NCBI GenBank assembly: GCA_002633005.1
Contig: NMRA01000004.1
Coordinates: forward strand, 249,501 to 313,500
DNA length: 64,000 bases
Source of the DNA: Phoronis australis
Lineage: Eukaryota; Animalia; Phoronida
Direction: 5' to 3'
Part shown: piece by piece, positions 1 through 12,200 of the stretch
Layout of the letters: every line of letters starts with the position of its first letter
Position numbering within the stretch: position 1 is the first letter of the stretch
Made by a program: the position numbers and the translations under genes
Notes under the pieces: model-generated
Told to the model about the DNA's origin: nothing
The model's input: only the letters and a program-made list of their open reading frames with translations
Databases searched by the model: none

Positions 1-110
1 TGCATTTCATAAAAACCCATTTACTCCACCTTTCAAAGCCATCACAAATTCCTCCAGACATGCAGCTAAATTAACAGACTCAGCTACGCTCACACAAACA
101 ACACCCCTAC

Positions 111-269
111 CATCTCTGGTTTTTCTGTCTGCGTTGAGAACTCGACCACGATTCGCTCCTGCGACCGTCCAATATCTTCTCGAATGCCAGCCAGAGACTT
201 CTCAAGACCCTCCCAAGTGACGACCTCTTCAGGCAAGGGGTACTGAATGAGCAATTCGTTCATGGTATT
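111..269 (-). CDS. C16orf96: C16orf96-like exon (NTMNELLIQYPLPEEVVTWEGLEKSLAGIREDIGRSQERIVVEFSTQTEKPEM)
   Basis: catttcag acceptor, gtaggg donor, 159 nt, phase 0, GC-richer than its flanks. Confidence 0.78.
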
Positions 270-3200
270 CTGAAATGAACACGCAAAATGTAACTATAAC
301 ATCAACGTGCCAATACTATAACATCGCCATGACTAAATGATAACAATCATCAACTGATGGCTGTACTGGTGACTGAGTCAACTATGGGGCAATAAACCTA
401 AGCCAAGATGAGCACACAATTTACTCTAAAATTCATTAAAATCAAAAATCTTCAGACTATCACAAACTTTATATAGCAAAACATTTATAAAGCAAACACT
501 TGTGCTTTTTGCACCTAGTTAACAAACCTTTAACAATTCTTTCAGTAAGAAAGTAAATGTGCAAGTTGTGAATCAAAAACAAAAATTAGTTAAAATGGCC
601 ATATTTCAATTTAGTATGATAAACTTTTTAAATTGTTTCATACCAACTGATCATCAAGCTGCTTCATTCTTTCATTCAGAGCACCAAGATCCAGCTGAAA
701 CACAATCCATAGAATTACACAATAGAACACTTTTGCAATAACACTTGAGGCATGCAGTTGTTCATGACGTTATAAGTTGCACGAGATGCTGAAAATAAAA
801 CAAAATTCATTTGATATTACTCAACTTTGTGTTTATGACAAGTAAGAAAATGACGAACCAGTTGAAAGTATACATTCATTATAGAAGTATTTTGTGAGAA
901 AGAGGAAAGGACAACATAAGAAAGAGATTCCCAGTTTTAGATCTGTCTCATTCTTTATCTGTAAAATGAAACTTTCAATTGCTTGGGTAACCTTTACTAG
1001 TAAAGGAATTACCGTAATCGTTCGGGTTAACGCTCATGCTCAGTTAACCGCCCACCCCCTACTTTAGGTGGATTTTCGATTTAACCGCCCACTGCTCAGT
1101 TAAGCGCCCCCCTACGATTTTTGAAGATTTCCAGTTAAGCGCCCACCTCTCGGTTAAGCGCCCATCCCGGACTTTTAAAGAATGAAGATTTAGCGCCCAG
1201 TGCTAAGGAAATGGTGATTCCCCGACTTTTACAAAAAGATCGATGATCACAATGAGCGTAACAACGCCGGGCCTTCAAGACGGTGGTCTAGCAATGTGAA
1301 TTACAATACAAGTAAGGAGTTATTGTCTTGGGCCATGGACTCACTTCAAAATATAATACTTGAACGTTTTTGTCACTTTATTTTCTTCCCATGTTTACAA
1401 AGCTTAAGAACGCCGCTGGCGTCAAAACCTCCGCTTTCAGCGACTTTGTCTGCCGCACTGAGTTTCGGTCTGCAGTGCACTAGATAAAATATATATTCGA
1501 AAAAATCAGGCCAGACAAATGTGACAATGGTTTTGCCAACCCTCCAAATTCTCTTAAGGTGGGAAGCTCTCGTATTTTGAAGAAATCTCACAACTCACGG
1601 AAAGATTTCAANCGGTAAGTGTTTAGCTCTTGAATGAGGTGACATCTGTGGATAGAATCAGGTATCCAATCACCCCACAATGTAAAGTCAGCTAACTCCC
1701 CTCACAATGTTCTCGTCAGAAAGTTTTGAAGATGACGTACACGAAAATACACAAGACTCATGAGTTGCTGCAATAACAAATAATCACTCCCCTCGATGGC
1801 GAGGAACACAATTAGCGTATTAGGTAAGTAAAGCAAGTTTATCTAAATTATTAACTTAATAATGATGCAATTTAATAATTATATAATGGGCATAATTTTC
1901 AGTATTCTTCATTATAATTAATTCAGAAGTCCCGGCTGGAATGTTCCATCATATCACGTGTGAATGCTTTATGTTTTAAAGCTGAGATGCTCAACATTAA
2001 GTTCACAACAGTCACTTACAGCTACAAGCTGACTTCGTGAGGAAAAAGATATCTTAAAGTTGATATTTGCAAGAGCCTGGGTGACTCCCACAGAAGAAAT
2101 ACACAGGAGATGATGCTCAAATGGGTGACCTTTTCACCATTAGCTTCCCTACAAAGGCCACCCTTTCCAACAAAATTCTATACAAAAAGGTTAAAAAAAA
2201 CAGCTTAGCCCTGAAGAATTGCCACAAAAATGTTTCTGTAATTTTTAAAAAATGGTGTTCAAAACTGAACAGTAAGAAAAGGTGACTTTTTCATGGAAGT
2301 TCCCTAAAAATGGGTCCCTTTTAGTCCAATCTCTATTTTGGGTGGGTATTCCAATTTTCCTGCTAAAGTCAAAAATATAGTACCCACAGGGTGATGCGAT
2401 CATTGCCTTGTGATGCAAGAATGTCGAGATTATTTGCACCCAGTCATTACATCTTCAGCAAACTGTCTCATGAGTTCATTAGCTTACCTTGTAAATTTTT
2501 TATGCGTACGAGACAAAACGCACAATTCATCTTAAAGGACAAATTATTTGTTCACTGTCACTTATACACATCCATGAGATTGAAATCAATTCACTCAATT
2601 ATTCCTAAGAGTCAACAAAATTAATAATTCACTATTAATTGAACTCGTCAAAAGAAGATCAGCAACTCAAATCTAAATGCCCACGCAGTTACCATAGCAG
2701 CACCCAGAACTTACCCATTCATTACCTAATAAGGACATGTCAAATCAATCAACGGGGTTTTAACACCTGACAATGAGTGCAAACACAAAAGAAATTGAAT
2801 ATATCATATAAATTTTTAGAATAGAATGGATTGCTTAAATGGTATATCATCAGATGGACATATCTTGTCAAGCAGATTTGATGCGTTAATGGTTTTAAAC
2901 TGAGCATTGGTGAATCGTAATATTACTTTTGCTAAAAGACTGTCCGACTCCCAGGTGCAAATATGCCAAGACCCCTGACCTTCCCTGACGTCCCTTAATC
3001 AGAACATCCCTTAGTCAGGACATCCCTTTAAGTCAGGATGTCCATCGATCAGGACATCCCTTTAAGTCAGGACGTCCCTCAATCAGGATATCTCTTCAGT
3101 CAGGATGTCTATCAGTCGGGATGTTCCTTAAACAAGACATCCCTTAGTCAAGTTGAATTGCACGTAAAACGTGCTTTGACAGATTCGGATTGTTTGTACA

Positions 3201-6200
3201 TTAATGACAGAAAATCTAACTGAAAACAGATATTTGCTTACAATGCACATTAAACTTCAAAAATGTGTCAACAGTGTCTTTTGTTAGTATTAGCAGCTAC
3301 TTTTTTCTAGTTTATGGTATTGTATTAGCAGCTACTTTTTTCTAGTTTATGGTATTGTTAATCAAAGACTAACCACTGAGCAAGTTGTAATTTGACAGGG
3401 AGTTCTTCAAATAGAAAGCTATGGTGTGGCCAAATAATAGGGATCTTAGAATGGGAAACAATTTATTACTTTACATTTTCAATTCTAGAACACTCAGCCA
3501 CGGGTTAAATGTAAAGATGTTTGGGTTGCTGGAGAAGAAGGGATCGATATTAATCGTCATCAACAGAACTTACTGCATCCTGACAGGAAGGTCTTGGCAT
3601 GGATGATTCACAAATTGTCTACAACATCAGATTTTCTGAGTTACAACAGGTGGCATGACGTAATAATAAAAAGGAGAATATGAAAAAATAAAGTAGAACT
3701 ATAATTTCCTTTCTTATCTTACTTTGTTTATGTAAATGATATATTTTAAAATACTGTTGATGATTGTTGAGATGCCACTGTACAAAGCACGCACAGAACT
3801 TGCTATTGTGATGGACTTGCTGTCTGGACATCTTCTGAAATGTTCTTGTTGGATGTTTTTGTAACACATGTTGACCAAATAGATGTTATCCTGAACTTTG
3901 TCACTTCTGCAAGGTTCTGTCCTGATTGATACAAAAATACTTCAGAACTGTTTGGAGAAACATTGACAAAATGGGCAAAATTCATTTTTGACAGTGGCAT
4001 TCTCAAGGCTAACAGGTCTAAAAATAAAAATCCCAAGCAAGCTTTTGTAGCAAATAGAATAAAGAAACAGAATTTAAAATTTTCAAGTGAAAAATTGACA
4101 TAGGAAAAAATTATAGTGATTTCTGTGAAAAAATCAAAATGTTTTAGAAAAAACGTACATTAATGAAATTCTATGATCAAGGTTTACAGTTTTACAGATC
4201 TACATATAATCAATTCTGAAAAAGTTATTTAATTGATACTTTGTAACAAAGGCAGCCAATTACCTTAACAAATTACCTGGTACTCAACAATTCATATCAG
4301 TGATTCACAACCATGTGTTCATTGTAAACAGAGGAATCACTGAGACCTTTTATGGACCAATATCTTTAAAAATGGTGTTGACAGTAACAAAATCAAAAAT
4401 AATGTTTCAAAGCTAGTTTTAAGGCAAATTAAAACTTTACTAAAGTCTCTAACAGGTGTCTTCATTTTGGCAAACTTTATTTATCATAAAACAAGATATT
4501 GACTCACAGAATCTTTTTCTTTTACTTCTTGCACAGGTTTTCTCTGCAATTCAATAACACCACTGGCCATCAAGGAATAAAGATTATAGCCATGATCCCA
4601 AATGTAATAGAGTATGTATAATTTTAAAAAATTATAAGTGCCACAGCTGCAAATACGAATTACAGTAGTCACTTTGCTGAACACTGAGGGTTCCCGCAGG
4701 TTAAAATTGCAAGAATCATAAGCCTGCAGCCATACATATTTCACAAATCTAAGTTTGTGTACAATTCATACAAGCATTTAATCCCCAGTGCCTCATTCGC
4801 ACATTTTAACCTAATGACAGCTAGAAAGACCTGAACTGTTCATAAATAATTTTAGATGTTTAATTAAAACACAAGTTGACTTCTCACTTGAAACGATTCT
4901 TTCTTAGGTAAGGGCTTTGTCACAGATTTATCCTCCTGAAAAAGGTACACATTCACTTGTTAAGGCTTAAATCCCAATGAATGATTAGGAGACTGTAATC
5001 TGTTTCAAGAATCATTTGGAAACGAAACCAGCTTAATTCTGATCACTGCTTCCTACCAATCAAACGATTTACGCATCAATTCCAGTTTCTGTCCTCTGAG
5101 GTCTTCAGGGTTGATGATTTGTCAACTGTCACTTCTGAGTATGGTATGAGTGAAGACCAGTGTTATAGCGGTAATAGGGTCTTACAAGGTAAGTAACAAA
5201 CCAGTGCTCAAAATCCGAGACCCCTGTAAGTGACATGTCATTATAACAGTAGGGGGTTCAATTCAAGAGTTAGTGTTTTGTAGCAGAAAAATTGAGAAAG
5301 GTCAGGGGTGCATTAGGAATGCAACCAGTGCTCATCGGATGTGTAACAAATCAGTAGAGGTCAAGTGCATTGCTAGAGGAAAAATTCCATGACCAACTCT
5401 AAATTTCTACACCTCAAGGACAGAAATGGCCAATAAATAAGATAATCACGACTTTCTAAGTACTGACTTAACATATGACAATCTTGCGTCTTTTAACAAG
5501 TTTGCATTGACATTGCACCAGAAGAAAAAAGACATACTAATCATGCAATCTTATCAGCATCACTGACTTACAGGTTTCTTCATTTTTGATGATTTTCTAA
5601 CAAGCGGTTCACTCTGTAAGAATTGGAAGTGTGATGAATACCGAAAAATGACCCTTCATGAGAAGGTACATTGAGTATCTCTAGACTATTTCATTGGAGT
5701 GCAAGTGTTACGTAAAAATGTTTGTGAGATCCCATTTCATTTGCAAAATATAAACATTTCGCTGGGAAGTGCTAGCAATTAACAATACAACACTTTTTGT
5801 ATCTGAAAGTTAGAAGTTCACAATCTAAGCTTTCAGTTTGGGTGGTCTTTAATAAACTTGCATTTTAAAAGTTTTCCAGATTACATTGCAACAGTAACTA
5901 TCATTGCACACTTGTTGCAGTGTTGATGAAACAAATGACTTAAAGGCACAAAAAATGAAAGAATCTCCTAATGACGGGGTGACAGGGCAGGGAACCAGTT
6001 GTGAAAGGGCAAGGAACCAGTTGAGACAGAGCAGGGAACCAGTTGCGAAAACCTATGTAAAGTACAGTTCATGAATGCTGTCACGGCACCCTACACAAAG
6101 TTACAGAATAGGTCTATGAACTGCTAATTCTTTCAAAGCCAAAAAATCCGCTCAAACTTTGATGAATAACTCCAGGTCATTTTTAAAGCAGTAAATCGTC

Positions 6201-9200
6201 TTATTCAAAAGTTGGTAGTTTGCCATCCTAGATGGCCCAAAATTGGCACTTTGCAATTTTTAATTTCTAACTTGAATCGTGTTTCTCTGAACAGGCAATT
6301 TTTCATTTCAGAGATCGTAAATTGTGCAAAACTTATCTTTTAATGTCACATTCAGGCAACCAGGAATAAATTGGTGTGCTTCTCAGATTCAGTGGCTCGT
6401 CATGGTGGATCAGTTTCTGAACTGAACATTTGGTGTCAAGCAATAATGAAATGTCAATTCTTTTAGCCTTCTAATCTGAGTAAGAATAAGGTTGAGACCA
6501 GTTTTGGAGCAATAAGTGGAGCTAAATGAAAATTTGATTTCTCTGTCGAAATGCTGGTAATTTAAAGCCACTTTGATTGTATTTCATAAAGGTAAAACAG
6601 TTGATATCAGACATGCTTGTCGATATTCTGGGTGTACTTGTTACTCCTTAAAGGGAATGTAATCTATGTTTTACTCACACTTTGAGGACCAGCCAAATCA
6701 GTTTTATCAAACTGACGCTCAATCTGTAAGAAGTGTGGTCAATAGATCATAAGGAGTTTTCAATTCTGACATAAGTGAATAATTATCTTGTATCAATAAC
6801 AGAGTAAACTGTTAGTCAAGATCAATATTAAAAGTCTTCACAGTATATTGACACTAATTACTACTAAAGCACCAGCTTCCCTGGCAGTGTAACTGAACAC
6901 ACTCAAAGTTTAACTCGAAATTCACTAATTACAGCACTATCAAGGCACAGACTTGCCAACAGAACTATCTACAATTAGATGATCACGTGGGACCCCTATC
7001 CTAGAAACACCCCCACATTGATGATGAAGTGCAGGCAGTGTTCAATCTTAATTCAGATGTTAAAAAGTGGTACAATCTAGTGAATATCAACTCCTTTTAT
7101 GTACGTAATTTGTAACGGAACACCCAACATTTTTCTACTTTTTCTACAACTGTGACAATACTTGGGTAGCATCAAAGGTGGAACAGTGTGGGTGGGCATG
7201 CAGTGATCATACATATGTCAGTCTTACTTAAAACAAAAATGGCGGAACATGGCGAGTCAACTCTACCTTTTCCTGTTCTTTACTGAGACGGCGGTCGGAT
7301 TTTTTTGACAGATCGTCAACAACAGTGGCCAGGTCAGACTGACTTCGTACAGCCTAACATGAGACAATTTCAAGCGATAAAATTTGAACAAACTCTTCAT
7401 ACAGGCAGCATTCCATAGAGCAAGTTCCTTGCGAGAAAAAGCAATCTGATCACGCGAGTGATTACGCCAGTTCTCACCGGCGAGTGTCTTGCTCACCAAA
7501 ACAGTCCCATTTACACTCGAGTGTCTTGCTCACCAGAACAGTCCCATTTACACTCGAGTGTCTTGCTCACCAAAACAGTCCCATTTACACTCGAGTGTCT
7601 TGCTCACCAGAACAGTCCCATTTACACTCGAGTGTCTTGCTCACCAGAACAGTCCCATTTACACTCGAGTGTCTTGCTCACCAGAACAGTCCCATTTACA
7701 CTCGAGTGTCTTGCTCACCAGAACAGTCCCATTTACACTCGAGTGGAAAAGCAACTGGTTGCCTCAGCAAGCGTCTGTTTCCCAAAACGTGGCCTAAGTC
7801 TTATGCTCGTACTTCACAATACTGAATAAAAGTTTAGTCTTGTCATAAGCTCATCCCAGCCCAGAAATACTTGATGCAAAATCATTTCAGTAACTAACAA
7901 TAATAGGAATATTTTCAGAGTCTATACAATTTTTTTCAGAGTGAAATTTAGTTGTTTTTTAGAAACAGTTGTGTGGAGAATAAGACCGCGTTTCTGACTT
8001 TAACAATTACTTTTCATAAAAATAGCTCCCAGGACTGAGTAACACTACAGGCTATTCCATATTCATACAGTATCTTGTTATCTATAAGGTACATGGCTGA
8101 TTATTTTTTGTCGAATCACAAACCAAAAATTTCCATTTCTTATTAAGTTTCGGCGGTAAGCATCAAACTGGCCTTGAACAAATGATGTCTGGTTGCCTGT
8201 AGAGCGAAAAAAATCACATACCGGTACCTTTCAAAACCCACACCCTCTTTTATAAAACCAAACATTTTTAAAAATGTTACACATTAAATTCAATCTAGTG
8301 TTTGGGAGTAGCTGAGACAGAATGCAGCAAAATAGACAGAATGGAAAGAAAAACAAGAAGACAATATAAAAATTAACATGAATTCCGCAACAACATGACT
8401 GACAGGATGCGTTTTGTTGTACTAAGTTAAGACATACCGTAGAAAGCTTGTTTTCCAATTCTTCATTTTTGTCTTTCAGAAGCTGCATTTCTTTCATCAG
8501 GTCACCAACCAGCGACATTAACTGGAATAAAAAATATTATGTTATAGTTAACTGGTGTAGCTACTTTCAAAAACTTTCTGAATTCAGTCATTAAGTTCAC
8601 ACCTCACATGCACGTATTTTGCGACATATGCCTACACCTGAATGAATTTTTCGAAAGCTAACTTTTGGTCAAGTGTTCCACAGAGCATGTGCACAGGCTA
8701 ATATTCACCATTAGGCAAGCCAGTGTTTCAAATATAGGTGCATCTCTTAAAGTGCAGTTTACTATGTGTTTTAAGACAATACTTTTTAAACTCTTAAATT
8801 TCAACAACTAATGAGATGGACAACTCAACCTTTGAGTTACTCGCTTTTTAACTAACTGCTTCTTACTTTCATTTAGTAATGTATGTGCACCTAAGTTCAG
8901 ATATAGCTCCACACTTAGGCACAAGAGACCAAATATGCATTATAAAAGGTAGAAAATATCTTAACATGAGTGCAGCGATGAGGCATTATGGAAAACTAAA
9001 AATTTAGAAATACACAAATTTGAATGGTTGGATATAACGTGCTCGCATTTTGAGAACCAGTTTTCTCCACTAAATAATGGGCGTCAGACTGGTTCTCAAA
9101 TTATGGGCACGTTATATTTGACCATTGCCCAAATTTGTACAAACACATTATGTTCATGAGAATGAGAACCAATACATCAAAGAGCTTCATTTCCTCCATC

Positions 9201-12200
9201 CACCTCTGTCTGCACACTAACATATGAATCAAGAATTATCGCCATGTTGCACCAACGTAGTTTACTTGGTTTCAGGAATTATAGCTTAGCTTTAGTCCCT
9301 CGCAGTGCTAATTAAGTCAAGCTAAAATGAAGTAAAATCTAAAAACTTGGTGTATACAATGTTCCTAAGTAACATGCGAGATAAAATGAAAATGAGCTTC
9401 TCTCATGAGCAGGCTGTAAATTTTCACTGTCTCTTATCACCAAATATTCACCGATTATCACAAGGTCATTCTCTGATGCAAAATCACTTGGGATGAATAT
9501 TCATAAATCTCAAGTTTCGCACGTAACCTTTAGCTTTCCATGTTTTGAATGCTGTAACCAGCTTCATAATACTAGTCAGTTATGAAAACAACTACATTTC
9601 GATTAAAGTTAATTATAAGCCATATATTCAGGTGTTGAAAACATCAATTCTCTTCACAGGCATATTTTTTGCCTTGTCAAAGCATTAAGTCATGATCATC
9701 GTGATCTTATCTTATGTTTAAATTGATGTTGGTTACAATAAATCATCTGAAAATCTATACTGCCTTGGTGACAAAACTTTTTGAACCTGCCCTGACCACA
9801 ACTTTTAAGATACGTTTATTGTATTTACAACCATAACATACAGAAGAAACAATATAAATATTACCTCTGCACCTGGGTTTAAATGCACAAGCGTATTTTA
9901 ATAAAGAACATACACACCCCATTTACACCGCAATCGACTATAGTCACACGTGTAATTATTAAATTGTTAGACAAAAAGTCCTATAGGGATCCATCTTTTT
10001 CTAAAATGTTCCTAATTCAAGCTCTTATAATAAATTACCTTTTTTATGTTATAATATTCAAACATTCCATTTTCAGCCATTGCAAGCAGAGAGGTCTGGA
10101 ATTTCACCTTTCTCTGTATATATGACGTAGGTTTTACAAAGCTAATAAGGAGATTAATCGCACTTTCCCCACTTTCCCTAAGATAACATCTGTCAAACTC
10201 AAGCTAATAATGAACCCTATTTGGGCTGTAAACCAGTTGTTCACCAACTTCCAAAAATTCCGAATAACTTCACACTCCCAAAAAACATGGTAGAGATTTT
10301 CGGGCTCTTTTCCACTGAATGTACAGGGTGGTGAGTTAACTACATGTTTGTACCTATTTTGAATGAAACAATTTGTTCTAAGAATTCTGTGATTAAGTCT
10401 AATTTGAAACCGTTTAACATTCTGTCAGTTCTCCACCATTCACCAGAAAGTTCTCTAATAAGTCTTCCCACTTATTTTGAAATTTTGGCTTTTTTGTATA
10501 AGCAAGTAACAAACTTATACAAAATGTTCTCGTTTTTACATGTGTTAAGTAAAGTGGTAATAAACTCTGGGTGATGAGGAAGAATGATTTTTGACAAATC
10601 CGCACGTTAAAGTAAGTTACGAACAACACATCGCATGCACGTGAATACAGTGAATGGTCAAGAAAATCCATAATAATTACAAAAGTCTTCATAAGACATC
10701 AAAATACAATTAGAATCTAACATATCGTAAATATATACAATGCCCTTGGCATACCAACCTTCATAAAATATGTATTTCTTGTCAACTGAGATTTTGGGAT
10801 TAAACCAAATTGGCTCGTAGCGACTCATTGCCTTGCTAACAGTGAAAATTCCACTCAATTCTCTAACATTTCGAAAAAACTCTTTATCCCAAAACTGATT
10901 CTTAATCAAAGCCACAAGAGAACAATGGCCTTACCAAAATGAAACACGTTGCGTGAAAGTAAGTGATTTGTAGTAATTAAAATTTTCTTCTAGGCCCTCT
11001 CCTCACTAAACATCAATCTTCTGAACCACGAAATTTGAAGAGATTTGATGAATGACTTCGGCTGAACCACTTTGCACCCTCCCAGCGAAAAATCTTGAAT
11101 CAAGGTAGTTCTCTTAATTTTGTCGGGTTTATTGTGCTAGATGAAACTGTAAAATAGCTTTTCAAGCAATTCAACGAACTTGCGATGCACATATCATTTA
11201 TCTATTACTCGGGACATATATTGCTTATAAATTCAATTGTGTCATTTGACGGTAAGGGCAATGTTGTCAAGAGATGGAACAAATTTTGGCAGGGCAAAAG
11301 ATTTAATGACAGTTATTTTGCCAAAAAGTGTTAGCGACCTTTTGGACCATCTTGTTAACGTCGATCAGATTTCATGAATTTTCTCATCATAGTTATTAGT
11401 TAACATTTGTCATAAATTAATATGAAATTTGATACCAAGAGCAGTAAATGAATCTCTGCGCCAGAATAGATCAAATTCAGGATACAAACATAATGCACTG
11501 TTTCACTGAACCAATCCATACACAATGAGTTTTTCCTAAGGTGGGTTTCAAACCATAGAACTTGTAAAACTGGTACAACAACTTCATAGAATGTTTTAGT
11601 GATTCGTTGGAGCCATCCGAACAAAGAACTGTATCATCAGCATACTGCAAAATTTTTAACTGCAGTGAGGCTATATTGATATCTTTTATTTTATTATTTT
11701 GGCCAAACATTATGGCCATAACCTCAGCACAAATTATGAACAGATAGGAAGAGTGAGGGTCTTCTTGACTGCAGTAGCGACCAATTTCAAAAAACTGTGA
11801 CGTGAAGCCATGTTGAATAATACAAAGTTTTGCACCTTTGTTCAGAAGGTGAACCCAATTTATGAATTTTTTCCCAAAATTGAAAAAACCTTACGTGTTA
11901 AATTTCCATGAGACAGAATCAAAAGCTTTTTCAAAGTCTACCGTTACTAAGGAACCTGGGATACTATGTTTATCTGTGAAATGAAGTAGGTCGTATATTG
12001 TTCAATTTTTTCCAATAAATTTTCCCTTTATAAATCCCGATTGATCGTTGCTTATTAGTTTATTAATACGTTAGGCGAGACAGCCCGAGAGAATCTTGTA
12101 GCTCGTATTTAATAGGAAGATGGGATGCCAGTTGGCAAGATGCTCTCTTGTTTTTTCCCTTAGGAATAATAGAATTTACACCTTTGATGTTGGCTATCAG

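Noticed and set aside
3803-4036. 77-aa minus-strand ORF with a good acceptor near 4018 as a C16orf96-like exon
   Set aside because: In phase 0 it reads ACC TGT TAG (stop); the open frame is out of phase. At most an alternative terminal exon, with no support.
7481-7745. CRISPR-like array (37-bp repeats), and likewise the 44-bp array at 26488-26749
   Set aside because: Units are head to tail with no unique spacers, there are no cas genes, and the context is a eukaryotic intron.
7458-7829. Three overlapping repetitive ORFs of 102-123 aa
   Set aside because: Artefacts of translating the 37-bp minisatellite.
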